From Rebecca billardiae RCC1528 (lineage: Eukaryota > Protista > Haptophyta): a DNA stretch of 64,000 nt. Shown one piece after another: positions 1-12,200 of the stretch (the first letter of the stretch is position 1; the number at the start of each line of letters is the position of its first letter). Position numbers and translations under genes: made by a program. The stretch lies in assembly GCA_965240325.2 (NCBI GenBank), contig OZ251236.1, positions 1,302,001-1,366,000 on the forward strand, in the 5' to 3' direction. The notes beneath the pieces were generated by a model. It ran no database searches. It had not been told where the DNA came from and saw only the letters and a program-made list of their open reading frames with translations.

Positions 1-920
1 CTGCGCGGTGAACGTGGGCTGCCGGAGCTCGGCGGCGAAGAGGAGCGAGTTGGTCGTGCGCGCGTACTCGTACTTCGCCTCCTCGACCAGCCCCGTCGGG
101 TCGAGCTGCCCGTGCCGCAGCCGCTCCGTCGAGTACGCGAGCTCGAGGATCCGGTTGATCGAGACGGCCGAGAGCGAGCGCAGCTCGTGCGTCGGCATCT
201 GCTCGATGTAGTAGCGGCGGAGCATGTCCTCCTCGACCTCGGCGCGGCGGCGGTGGGCGGAGGCGACGCGCGCGGCGAACGTCGACATCCGCTCGTCCGT
301 GAAGTACAGGTTCACCCGGTCCTCCGGGTACGGCTTGGCGTCCATCGAGTTGGAGGCGTCCATCGCGGTGATCACGTACTGCCGCTTGTCGTGCGCGTAC
401 TTGTGCACCTTCATGTACCGCCAGCTGCCCGTGCCCGTCTCCGGGTCGAGCACGAGCGCGAGGCCGTCCGCGCGCCGGCTCGCCTTGCGGAAGCTCGCGA
501 TCCACTCGTGCGGCTGGCGCGACTCGTAGTCAGTGTCGTCAAACCAGCTGAGCGGCAGCCGCGTCTCAAAGCCCTGCGGCGGCGCGCGCGCGCGCGGGGC
601 GGGCGCGGCGGAGCGCGCAGGTGCGCGCGGCGGGGACGGGCGGAGCACACTCCTGTCACGCGGCGCCAGTCCCAACCGCGCCTCGCGGCGCCAGGCCCGC
701 TGCCAGCCACGGGCGATCTCCGCGCCGAGTGTCGTGCACGCACCAGCGGAGCCACCTGCTTCTTCGAGTAGTCGACCCCATGCGCGAGCAGCTCGTCCGC
801 TAGCAACAACGGGCCCTTCTTGATGTGCTGCGGCACCTTGGGCGCGCCGAGCGACGTCTGCAGCGGCAGCGGCATGCGATCCGACGCATACCCGCCGCCG
901 GGCAGCGCGGTGTACACCAT
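1..920 (-). CDS. Axonemal inner-arm dynein heavy chain, DNAH1-like, N-terminal part (gene continues off the left edge)
   Basis: My minus-strand translation of 573->1 reads GFETRLPLSWFDDTDYESRQPHEW...RVNLYFTDERMSTFAARVASAHRRRAEVEEDMLRRYYIEQMP...EEAKYEYARTTNSLLF. This matches the DNAH1 N-terminal pattern (LPL..FD..DFDCRTP.EW; R+.L.F.AEDP..FA.RV..A...R; Y..YVDCMP; EV..DY.R.MN.I.F). Likely exon 1 is 920-744 (MVYTALP...LLAHGVDYSKKQVAPL), followed by intron 743-574 (GTGCGT...CCGCAG). The start codon is uncertain. Confidence 0.75.
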
Positions 921-1590
921 CGCCTCCCAGCAGCTGGGGGCGTGCAAAACCGAAAGGGGGAGTCCGGCAGCCTGCACCGGCAGGCGCCAGGCGGGAGCAG
1001 TCCGGGACCATCCAGAGCCCGCCGTTGCCGCCCGTTGGCGAGAAACTGGCAAACTGCCCACGGTGAAATCGAAAATCAGCAGCATGGCGTCTTTGGCTTG
1101 CCACTTGCCGCCTTGTTGCCTACTCAACCTAGCAGGCCAGCGGCGGCGTCAGGGCATTGCTGCCCAGCCAAAGCGACCCTCATCATGTCATGCGGATCAC
1201 CGCCGTGCCGCGCGGCTGCATTCGCGTCGATTCGCCTGCAGGGCGACCGCGGGCGCGGCGCCACGCGGCCTGGCGCGCCGCTGCCGCCAGCTCGGATATA
1301 GTGCCTGTGGCGGCAGCCCGTAGCCGTAAGCGTATCACTATCATGGCCAGCCGGCCAGCTGGCCAGGGCGCCAGGCCTTTTCGATCCGAATGAGCACGCG
1401 GTGACTCGCTCCTCGTTGTCGCATGCCGGCTACTCCGGGTCCGGAACCCAGGGCTCTCAAGCTGTCAGCTCTGGCCTCTGGCTGGGAGTCCGGAAGTCGC
1501 GGATTCGCGCAGCGGAAAACAGCCGCAACTCCCCTCCAACAGCTCCTCGCGCGGTCGCGCCGACGACACCGCCGGACGTGAACGACGCGT

Positions 1591-2877
1591 ATGGGCGCGC
1601 AGCTCTCCACGCGCTGCGTGAGCTCTCTGCTCCCCTTCCTGGCGGTGAAGACCGAGGCTTTGCCTCTCCTCGATGACGCCGCCGTCGCCGCCACCGATGG
1701 CTCGACGCACAGCAGTGGCACGCAGCCGACCGCACCATCCGCCGTGTCTGCGCGCGCGGACGAGCTGCGCGTCTTCTCGGCGAACGTGTGGTGCCACTAC
1801 TTCAGCGCGCTCGCGTGGATGCTGACGGGCTGCAGACGCCTCGTTGGCACGATGTCCCCGCTCCCGTTCCGCCCTCGGCTCGACGTGGCCGCCGAGCACG
1901 CCGCGCAGCACGGCGCAGACGTCGTGGTGCTGCAGGAGCTCTTCGTGTTGCGGCTCGGCCCGCTCGTGCTCGCGGGCGCGTGGGAGCACATGGCGCAGCG
2001 GATGGCGAGGCTCGGCCTGGTGCATGCGTCCGACCCGCGCGCATCGCTGCCGCGGTTCTTCGGCCAGAACAGCGGGCTGGCCATCTTCTCGCGCCACCCC
2101 CTCCACCCAGAGCCCGGCGCGACCTCGCTGTTCCGCTCGTCTCGCGAGCGCTTCAACCGCAAGGGCGTGGAGTGCGCGCGCGTGGCGTGGTCGCCGGGCG
2201 CGTCGCTCATGCTGTGCGCGACGCACTTCGACGCGCACTCGCCGCGCACGCAGGAGGCGCAGCTCGGCGAGCTCAACGCAGCCGTGAGCCGATGCGCGAG
2301 CGCGGTCACCGGCGCGGCCGACGCGGCTGCAGAGGATGGGGCCGCGTCGGCGCAGCCGCCGCCGCCTGTGGCCATCGTCGTGTGCGGCGACTTCAACATC
2401 TCGCCCCCGACGGCCGAGCCCGAGTCCGCCGCGCACGCCGGCGAGGACGCACTCTGGCCGCAGCTCATCGCGGCCCTCGCGCCGTCCCCGCGGCAGGATT
2501 TGCGTCCAGCCACGCCCGACGGCAAGGGCCCCGCCGCCGCTGCAGCCATCGTGCCCACGCCCGGCCCGTGGCTGGTGGAGAACGCGTGGGGCCCGCTCGA
2601 AGGCGCGCAGCAGAGCTTCCCGCGCACGCGTGAGGGGCGCACGCCCGACCACGTGTGGCTCGCTCGCCCTCGCTCGCCCGCGGCGCATGGCAGGGCTCGG
2701 CGCGTGGCGACGACAGTCGGGCTCGCACGCACCGCCGAGCCGCTCGCGCTCAGCGACGGCCTGGGCGGGCCGGTGGCGAGCGACCACGCGGCCGTGCTCG
2801 CGACGCTCAGGCTGGGCCCGGAGGCCACGGCGGCTCAGCCCGCGGCGGGTGCCAGCGCGCTGAAGGCCGTCGTGTGA
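1591..2877 (+). CDS. Endonuclease/exonuclease/phosphatase (EEP) family protein, neutral sphingomyelinase-like
   Basis: EEP motifs occur in order: SANVW, DVVVLQELF, NSGLAIFSRHP, KG, THFDA, CGDFN, PDHVW, SDH. Confidence 0.85.
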   Translation: MGAQLSTRCVSSLLPFLAVKTEALPLLDDAAVAATDGSTHSSGTQPTAPSAVSARADELRVFSANVWCHYFSALAWMLTGCRRLVGTMSPLPFRPRLDVAAEHAAQHGADVVVLQELFVLRLGPLVLAGAWEHMAQRMARLGLVHASDPRASLPRFFGQNSGLAIFSRHPLHPEPGATSLFRSSRERFNRKGVECARVAWSPGASLMLCATHFDAHSPRTQEAQLGELNAAVSRCASAVTGAADAAAEDGAASAQPPPPVAIVVCGDFNISPPTAEPESAAHAGEDALWPQLIAALAPSPRQDLRPATPDGKGPAAAAAIVPTPGPWLVENAWGPLEGAQQSFPRTREGRTPDHVWLARPRSPAAHGRARRVATTVGLARTAEPLALSDGLGGPVASDHAAVLATLRLGPEATAAQPAAGASALKAVV

Positions 2878-3097
2878 GTCCTGATCAACTCCGCGGGCAA
2901 TGATCAATCAACACTGAACACTACGTAGCTCACGCCACACGCGGCGAGAGCTTGATTGAGTCGACAGACAACGATCGACCGTGAATGTCAACGACAGCCG
3001 CTAACAAAATAACGCGACTCAAAACAGCAGTGACAATGATGATGGATCGAGCCGGACGAAACTTGATGCTGAGGAAGACGCATCGTCGGCGCACGTC

Positions 3098-4666
3098 ATG
3101 GCCTCGTCGACGCCGAGCGGCACGCTCGAGCGCGTGGAGGCGGGCGCATCGCGGCTGCTCGGGCCGTCGGACGCCGTGGCCGAGGCGATCCGCGCTGTGC
3201 GCGCGCGCCTCTCCGACGCCACCGCCTGGACCGCGCTGGCCAAGCAGCTCGAGGCCCAGCTCGCCGAGCTGCGCGCCGAGCCGGAGGGCCGGCCGGACGA
3301 GCTGCGCGAGCTCGCGCTCGTGTGCCACCACGCGGCCGTGGGCGTGGCGGACGAGGCCGATCCGACGCCGCACTTTGAGCTGGCCGGCGCGTACGCGCGC
3401 CGCGCCGACTACGCCCACGCAATGGCCTCCATGGTCGACGTGCTCGCGCGCAGCCCGTGGTCGCCCGCGCACTGGCGCGCGCTCGGCCAGCTCTCGCGCG
3501 CGCGCGGCCTCGGCGCGGACGCGTCGCACTGCCTGCTGATGGCGCTCCGCGCGCACCCGGACTCGGAGGGGGGGCGGCGCTGGTCCTTCACGCGGCGCAG
3601 CTGCCAGCGCCTCCTCATGCACCGCCGGTACGAGTCGCTGCACGACGAGGAGCGCACGCGCGCGTGGGCGTCTGCGATCAGCCGCGCGGTGCGCGCGGGC
3701 GACTGCGTGCTCGACGCGGGCGAGGGGCACGGCGTGCACGCGGTGGTGGCGGCTCGAGCGGGCGCGGCGGACGTGCTGCGCTGCGAGCCCTTCTTCCCCG
3801 TCATCGCGCGCGAGATCGCGCGGCGCAACGCCGCCGACACGGTCGCGGTGCTGGCGGATGAGCCGGCGGCGGCGCTGCTCCGAGGCGGCGCCGGCGGCGC
3901 CCCGGGCGCGCTCGCGCGGCCGGCGGACGTGGTGGTGGTCGACGCGCTGCACGCGGACGCGCTCGCGTCGGGCGTGCGCGGGATCGTCGCCGAGCTCCGC
4001 GCGCGCTCCGCCCTCGCGCCCGGCGCGCGCGTGCTCCCGCGCGCGCTCGCGCTGCGCGGCTGCCTCGTGCAGAGCCCGACGCTGGCGATGCTCGCGCGCA
4101 TCGAGACCGCGGTGGCGGGCGTGGACGTGCAGCCGTTCAACGGCTTCCGCCCGGCGTACCGCACGGTGCGCGCGCGCCACTTCGCCGACGCGCTCCCGCT
4201 GCACGCCGCCACCACCTTGCTCGAGCGCGCCGTCGACGAGCCCGCCCCTCCGCCCGACCCGAGCGCGCGCGCGCCGGCGCTGGTCTCGGTGGTGGCCGCA
4301 ACGGCCGGGCGCGCGCACTGCCTGCTCTACTGGTCAGAGGCGCTGCTGGACGAGCAGGCGGCGCTGAGCGGCGCGCCGTCGGACGCGCTGCTCGGCGGCG
4401 CGGCGGGGCCCGAGCCCCACCCGCCGCGCGCGCTCTGCCCCTCCGCCGAGCAGCTCGCCCTCTTCCTCGAGCCAGCGCCGTGGCTGGAGGCGGGCGCGCG
4501 CCTCACGCTCTCACTCGAGCACGACGGCGCCTCGCTGCGCGCCGCGCTGCTCGAGGCCGAGGACGGGCGCGTGCTGGCGCGCAGCCACGTGCTGGCGCGC
4601 GAGGCGGCGGCGGCCGGCGCGACGCCGCGCCCGCGGGCGGGCGAGGCTGACGACGACGACGACGAA

Positions 4667-4711
<45 letters not shown>

Positions 4712-5932
4712 CAGGCAGGCGACGGCGCCGCGGGCGTGGGCGCCGAGGGTGACCGCGGCGGCGGCGGCGCGGGCGCACCCTCAAAGTACCACTTCGCCAT
4801 GCTGAACGACGCGGAGCGCGCCGAGGCGTACGACAAGGCGATCGCGCTCGCCGTGCGCGACGGGATCGAGGACCGGCTCAACGCGGGCGCGCCGCCGCCG
4901 GTGCGCGTGCTCGACATCGGCGCTGGCACTGGCCTGCTGTCGGTGATGGCCGCGCGCGCGGCAGCCGCGGACGGCGCCGCGCGGGCCGGCGCAGAGTCGG
5001 GCTCCGCCGAGGCGGCCGTGCGCGTGCACGCGTGCGAGATGCAGCCCGCCGTGGCCGACGTCGCGCGCGCGGTGGTGGCGCGCACGCCGTACGCCGAGAG
5101 CGTGACCGTGCTCACGTGCGCGTCGACCGCGCTCGCCATCGCGGGCGAGGCGGCGGGCGCGGGCGCGGGCGCGGCGGGCGGCGGCGCCGCCGCCGCGCTC
5201 GCCGAGCCTCGCGCTGCGTGCTCGGCGGGCGGCGGCGCGGCGGACGGCAACTCGTCGGACGACTCCGACCTCGAGCTGGGCGGCGGCCCCGCCGACGCGC
5301 GCGCCGAGCGCACCCTGCCCGCGCGCTTCGGCGTGTGCGTCTCCGAGATCCTCGGCACCGACCCGCTGTGCGAGGGCGTGCTCCCAGCGCTCGCGCACGC
5401 GCACCAACGGCTGCTTGCGCCCGGCGCGCGCGTGGTGCCGCAGCGGCTGCGCGTGCTGTGCGCCGCGGTGGAGAGCGCCGCGCTGTGCGCGATGAGCTGC
5501 GCGCCGCGCGCCGGCGCGCTCGGCGGCGTGGACCTCGCGCCGCTCGACGCGGCGCGCCACCCACGCCGCGGCATCCGCCTCGACGAGCTCGCGCCCTTCG
5601 CGCTGCTCACAGCGCCCTTCGAGCCGTTCGAGCCGATCGCGCTCGACCGGCCGCCGCTCGGCGCGCGTGGCTCGGCGCGCGTGACGGTACCCGTGTCGCG
5701 CGCCGGCACCGCGCACGCCCTCGTCGTGTGGTTCGAGGCCGAGCTGTACGCAGGCATCTCGATCTCGACACACTGGACGACCGGCGCGGCGCGTGGCTAC
5801 AGCTGGGGGCAGATGGCGCACTTCTTCGAGCGGCCGCGCATCGAGCTGCGCGAGGGCGACGTCCTGCGCGCCGACGCGCAGTACACGTCGCTCGGCGTGT
5901 CCTTCGCCAACGTGCGCGCGGAGCGAGCTTGA
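3098..5932 (+). CDS. PRMT7/PRMT9-like protein arginine methyltransferase with a TPR-like N-terminus and two MTase modules
   Basis: Module 2 reads YHFAMLND..R..AY..AI, VLDIGAGTGLLSVMAARA, HACE and VSEILGTDPLCEG (double-E loop). Module 1 is a degenerate copy (VLDAGEGHG). The two are separated by a poly-Asp linker encoded by (GAC)n. Confidence 0.85.
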
Positions 5933-6242
5933 GTGATGATGGCTTGGTTGGTCGCGTATCTGCACCGTAAGATATAGCCGAGCAGAGTCTCTGAGGTTAT
6001 AGCACTAGTACGCCAGCAAGGCAGCAAGCCGAGGCGCCACCGCCGCCGCCATCCTTGATGAGTGGTCATTTTCGCGGTGCAGGACGAATTAGCTGAATTA
6101 GCTGAATTATAAAAGAAAATGCCGCGCGTCGGTTATCCGGACTCTTCGCTCAAGCGCCCGCAACGCCTCCGGACGCAGTCGGTTTTGCTGGTCTGTTGAC
6201 AAGGAGGGCCGCCGTGGCCTCTCCGCCCCCCCCGCCGGCGCG

Positions 6243-9200
6243 ATGGCCGACGACGAGGGAGGCAAAAAGGACGAAGGGAGCCATGAGCAGCTGCTGGCAT
6301 GGTTCGAGGATCGCACATGCTCGCTGCATAAGTGCAAGGCCGAGCTCTTCAAGAAGCTCGCCACCGCGCCCGGCGACGAGAGCCGGCCGCTGCTTGATTT
6401 CATCTCGCAGAACGACACGCGCACGCTCTTCTTCGTGGTGGGCGCGAAGGACATGCTGTGCTTCAACACGCAGAGGGACGGCGCGCAGCTCCTCTCGGGC
6501 GCGAAGAAGAAGTTCGTCTACTTCCGCAAGCGCAACAGCGTGAAGCTCACGAGCGCGAACGTGCAGGCGGAGGTGCTGTGGGGCGACATGGGCACGTCGC
6601 CGCTCACGCACATGTTCGCGGCGGGGCAGAACGTGTTCACGCCGATCGTGACGAACCCGCGGAACCAGGAGTTCATGTCCGACATCGTCTCGAGCCAGGT
6701 CTCCGAGTCGATGCACAAGACGGTCTCGCAGATCTACGTCGCGCTCGGCCAGTCGCTCGGCAAGACGCTGCTCGCCGTGCCGCCGTCGGAGATGCTGCGC
6801 TCGGACTCGTCGTCCGGGAAGGACAAGGACCGCGTGCACGTGCTCGAGACGTCGGTGGTCACGTGGACCGTCCAGATCAAGAACGTGCTCAAGACGCACC
6901 CCGAGTCCGCGCTTGCGGGCGAGGACAACCCGGGCCCGCTCGTCGGCATCAAGTTCTGGGAGGACAAGGCGAGCAACCTCACGTCGATCCGCGAGCAGCT
7001 GGCGTCGGACAAGATCAAGAAGGTGCTGCGCGTGCTCGACCTGACCAAGTCGCCCTACCACACCGCGTTCATCGCGCTCATCCGCGAGGTCGACCTCGTC
7101 TGCGCCGAGGCGCGCGACAACGTCAAGTACCTGCGCACGCTCAAGTCGCACTTTGAGCAGCTCAACTCGCTCGACGACTTCTCGCGGCTGCCGACGCTGT
7201 ACCACCCGATCATGCACCTGCTGCTGCTCGTGTGGAAGAACTCGAAGTTCTACAACACCGCGCCCGCGCTCGCCGTGCTGATGCGCGAGCTGTGCAACGA
7301 CATCATCATGCAGGCGCACACGTTCATCAACCCGCCCGAGCTGCTCAACATCGAGGCGGCCGAGGCGCACGAGCGGCTCGTCACCGCGCTCAAGGTGTGC
7401 GGCTTCTTCAAGAAGGTGTACTTCGACTACAAGCTGCGCGCGACGAAGGAGTGCCCGAACAACCCGTGGAAGATCCAGAACTCGGCGCTCTTCGTGCGGC
7501 TCGACGCGTTCAACGAGCGGTGCATGGACGTGCTCGACCTCACGCGCACCGTCATGCAGTTTGAGAAGCTCGACCGCGTCGAGATCGGCGGGAACAAGGG
7601 CAAGCAGCTCACCGAGATCGTCGCGGAGATCTTCGCCGAGTTCAACCGCGAGCTCGAGCGCATGAAGGCGCTGACGTACGACATCCTCGACATCTCCGTC
7701 AAGCAGTTTGACGACGACTTTTACCACTTCCGCACGACGATCAAGGAGCTCGAGGAGCGGCTGTCGACCGTGCTCAACCAGGGCTTCGACACGTCGGTCA
7801 CGATCCAGAACTCGTTCAAGCTGCTCGACTCGTTCGCCGACCTGCTCGAGCGCGACTGGATCCAGTCCTCCGTCGAGCGCAAGCACATCGAGCTCATCTC
7901 GAGCTTCGGCGCCGAGCTGCGCACCGTGCAGGACATCTTCCTCACCAACCGAAACTCGTCGCTGCTCGGCAAGTTCTACGAGCGCGACGGGCCGCCGCTG
8001 TACGTGAACATGCCGCCCGTGAGCGGCGCGCTGTACTGGGTGCGCGGGCTGATCGCGCGCGTCGAGGCGCCGATGGTCAGCCTGCAGCCCGTGATGAAGG
8101 CGCTCGCCGAGGCGGACGAGACGCGCGACGTCTCGCGCATGTTCGAGTCGATCTCGGGCACGCTGCGCGCGTTCGAGGCGGACGTGTACAACAACTGGTG
8201 CTCGGTGATCGAGACGATCTCGATGGACAAGCTGACGCAGAACCTGCTCGTCCGCTCGCCCACCACCTCGGAGATCACCGTCAACTTCGACCCCGCGCTC
8301 TACTGCCTGCTGCGCGAGGTGAAGTACTTCAAGTTCTTCGCCAAGACGATCCCGGAGACGGCCGAGCAGCTCTACCAGAACGACCGCACCTTCCGAGCGG
8401 TGCGCGCGGCGCGGGACGCGCGCGGCGCGGGACGCGCGCGGCGCGGGACGCGCGCCGCGCGCGGCCGCGCGCGCGCCGGCCCCGCGCTCTCGGCGCGCGC
8501 GCCCCGCACGCCTCGCGCGCGCGCGCGGCTGAGACGCGCCGTGCGCCGCCCCGCCGCCGCGGCGCGCGCGCAGTGGATCGGCTGGCTCGAGATCATCGCG
8601 CTCAAGTACAACCACATGCTCAACACGATGCTCGACGTGGAGAAGCCGCTGCTCAAGGCGCAGATGAAGGCGATCGACAAGTCCCTCGAGCGCGGGCTGC
8701 GCGCGATCACGTGGAAGTCGTCGAACATCGACGAGTTCATCGCGGAGGCGCAGAGCCTCGTCTCCGAGGCCTACGACACGCTCGCGTCGATGAAGGCCAA
8801 CATGCGCGCGGTGCAGAAGATCCTCGACGAGTTCGCGGCGAACCCGCTGATGCAGCGCAAGCCGGGGAAGACGTACTCGATGGAGGTGTTCTGCAAGGAG
8901 CACGACCAGATGCTCGAGTCGCGGTACAAGCGCATCACCGAGGGCGGCAAGGAGATCCACACGCACGTGTCCACGTCCAACGCCGAGCTCAAGGTCTCCA
9001 AGGGCGCGCCCGCGTGGCGCGCGTACGTCGAGTTCATGTCGAACATCTGCGTGTCGGGGCTGCAGTCGATGGTGGTCAAGTCGCTCACCTACCTGCTCCA
9101 GCAGATCAAGCCCGCCGACGGCGTGCCGATGATCGAGGTGCGGCTCGCGCTGCACGTGCCCGACGTGCGCTTCCAGCCCGAGCTCGAGGCGCGGTACGAC

Positions 9201-12200
9201 GGCACCTCGGTGATGGACAAGGTGGACGGCTGGATCGGCGACTTCTTCAACGCGGTGAAGCTGATCAAGCGGCTGGACCACGCCGACTGCGACTTCATGA
9301 AGGAGATCGAGGAGTCGGAGGAGGTGCGCTTCGCCGTGCACCGCATCAACACGCAGTGCGAGAAGAACGAGGAGCTGTGCAACGAGTTCCGCCAGCCGTT
9401 CCGCCAGCACAAGACGCTGTGGATGGCGGACATCGAGACGGAGCTGCAGAAGTTCGTCGAGCTCGCGACGGCGGAGGCGCCGCCGCCGCCCGCCGTCGAG
9501 GGCGCGCCGCCGCCGCAGCTCGCCAAGGAGACCGCCGCGCAGGCCGCCGAGGCGTCGGGCGTGCTCTCCAAGCCGCCGCCGTCGCTGCCCAAGTTTGACG
9601 AGCAGATCGCCGGGTACAAGGCGGTGCAGGAGAAGATCATCTCGCTGCAGACGTCGGTCGACCGCGGGTGGCTGCGGATCGACTCGAAGCCGGTGAAGGA
9701 GTCGCTCAAGCAGCTCGCCGCCAAGTGGATGTACGCCTTCACCCACTACCTCGAGAACCGCGTGACCGACTCGGTCGACGAGCTGATGGGCTTCTTCCGC
9801 ACCGTGATCTCGGGCCTGTCGGAGGAGGTGGACCCGGAGGACAACGACCGGCTGCTCGTGGCGATGACGCACATGCGCGACGTGCGCCGGCGCGAGGGCA
9901 CGATCAACGAGGCGTGGGAGCCGCTGCGCGGCATGGTCGCGCTGCTGCGCAAGTACAACATCGCGCTCGACGAGAAGGTGCTCGAGCAGCTCGAGAACGC
10001 GCCGTTCAAGTGGGACGAGGTCAAGAAGGCGGCGATCAACGCGCGCGAGCACCTGGCGCAGCTGCAGGGGCTGCAGGCGGAGAAGATCAAGGAGGAGGTG
10101 GACGACTTCACGCAGCGGATGGAGGACTTCACCGCCGTCTTCCGCGAGGAGGCGCCGTTCAAGTACGGCGTGGGCGTCGAGGCGGCGTACGCGCTGCTCG
10201 ACGAGTGGCACCTCAAGCTCGCCGAGATCGAGGAGGAGGCGAGCCACTACCAGGGGCAGGAGGAGCTGTTCGACCTGACGGTGCACCCGTTCAAGGACCT
10301 GAAGCAGTGCCGGCTCGAGCTCAAGCTGCTCAAGCTCGCGTGGGACCACGTCTCCCTCGCGCAGGAGATCTTTGCGTCGTACCGCTCGACGCCGTGGAAG
10401 GACGTGGACGTGGACATGATGGTCGACGAGACCAAGAAGCTGCTCAAGGAGATCAAGAGCCACCACAAGGCGCTGAACAAGTGGGAGGTGTACTCGCAGC
10501 TGATCGTGGACATCAACACGATGATGATCGACCTGCCCCTCGTCCAGGACCTGCGCGACGACGCGATGCGCGAGCGCCACTGGAAGAAGCTGATGCGCAC
10601 GACCGAGACGACGTTCACGATGGACGACAAGCTCACGCTCGACAAGCTGCTCGCGTGCAACCTCTCCAAGTTCCAGGACCCGGTGTCGGAGATCACGGAG
10701 CAGGCGCGGCAGGAGGTGAAGATCGACCTCGCGCTCACCAAGATCGCCTCGACCTGGGGCTCGCTCGTCCTCGAGTACGAGCCCTTCCGCCAGACTGGCG
10801 TGTCGGTGCTGCTGATGCCGGGCGAGGTGTACGAGGCGCTCGACGACAACGAGTCGCAGCTGCAGAACATGATGGGCAACCGCTTCATGGGCTTCTTCGA
10901 GACGCAGATCACCGACTGGAAGAACAAGCTCTCGAAGACGCGCACCGTCCTCGACATCTGGCTCGAGGTGCAGCGCGCGTGGTGCTCGCTCGAGTCCATC
11001 TTCCTCGGCTCGGAGGACATCCGCGAGCAGCTGCCCGAGGACGCGAAGCGCTTCGACCAGGTCGACTCGGACTTCCGCGAGCAGATGACGATCGCGAAGG
11101 AGCAGAGCAACCCGATCGAGGCGGCGATGCAGGACGGGCGCGAGGACGTCTTCAACAAGTGCCAGGCCGCGCTCGACCTCTGCCAGAAGTCGCTGAGCGA
11201 CTACCTCGAGGTGAAGAAGAAGAAGTTCCCGCGCTTCTACTTCGTCGCGCCCGCCGACCTGATCGACATCCTGTCGAAGGGGCGGCACCCGCCCGCGGTG
11301 CAGGAGCACTTCTCCAAGTTCACCGACAACACGGGCAAGATCGACTGGGTCAAGGACGAGGCGGGCAACGAGACCGGCCTCGCGCGCGGCATGGAGTCGA
11401 CCGACAACGAGTACGTCGCTTTCCAGACCGAGTACATGTGCCAGGGGCAGGTGGAGGAGTGGCTGATGGGGCTGATGGACCACTCGTGCGAGGAGATCCG
11501 GATCTCGCTGCACGAGGCGATCAACTCGTTCGTCGAGCTGCCGCGCTCCGAGTGGCTCTACAAGTACCCCGCGCAGATGTCGCTCACGACCGGCCAGGTG
11601 TGGTGGACGACCGAGGTCAACTCGGCGTTCGAGCGGCTCGAGCAGGGCAACGAGAACGCGATGAAGGACTACCTCGGCGTGGTGATCCAGGGGCTGACCA
11701 CGCTCGTCGACCTCGTGCTCGGCAAGCTGAGCAAGGGCGACCGCATCAAGTTCATCACGCTCATCACCGTCGAGGTGCACGCGCGCGACGTGCTGCAGCG
11801 GCTGATCACGAGCCGGATCGAGAACGCGCAGGCGTTTGCGTGGCAGTCGCAGCTCAAGTACCGCTGGGACGAGGAGACGAACCACTGCCTGATCAACATC
11901 GCCGACGCGGAGATGGCGTACTCGTACGAGTACGTCGGGAACACGGGCCGCCTCGTCATCACCGCGCTCACCGACCGCTGCTACATCACGCTCACGCAGG
12001 CGCTGCGGCTCATCCTCGGCGGCGCGCCCGCCGGCCCGGCCGGCACGGGCAAGACGGAGACGACCAAGGACCTCGGCCGCGGGCTGGCGATCTGGGTGAT
12101 CGTGCAGAACTGCTCGGACCAGATGACGAACAAGGTGATGGCCAACTTCTTCTCCGGCCTCGCGCAGACCGGCGCGTGGGGCTGCTTCGACGAGTTCAAC

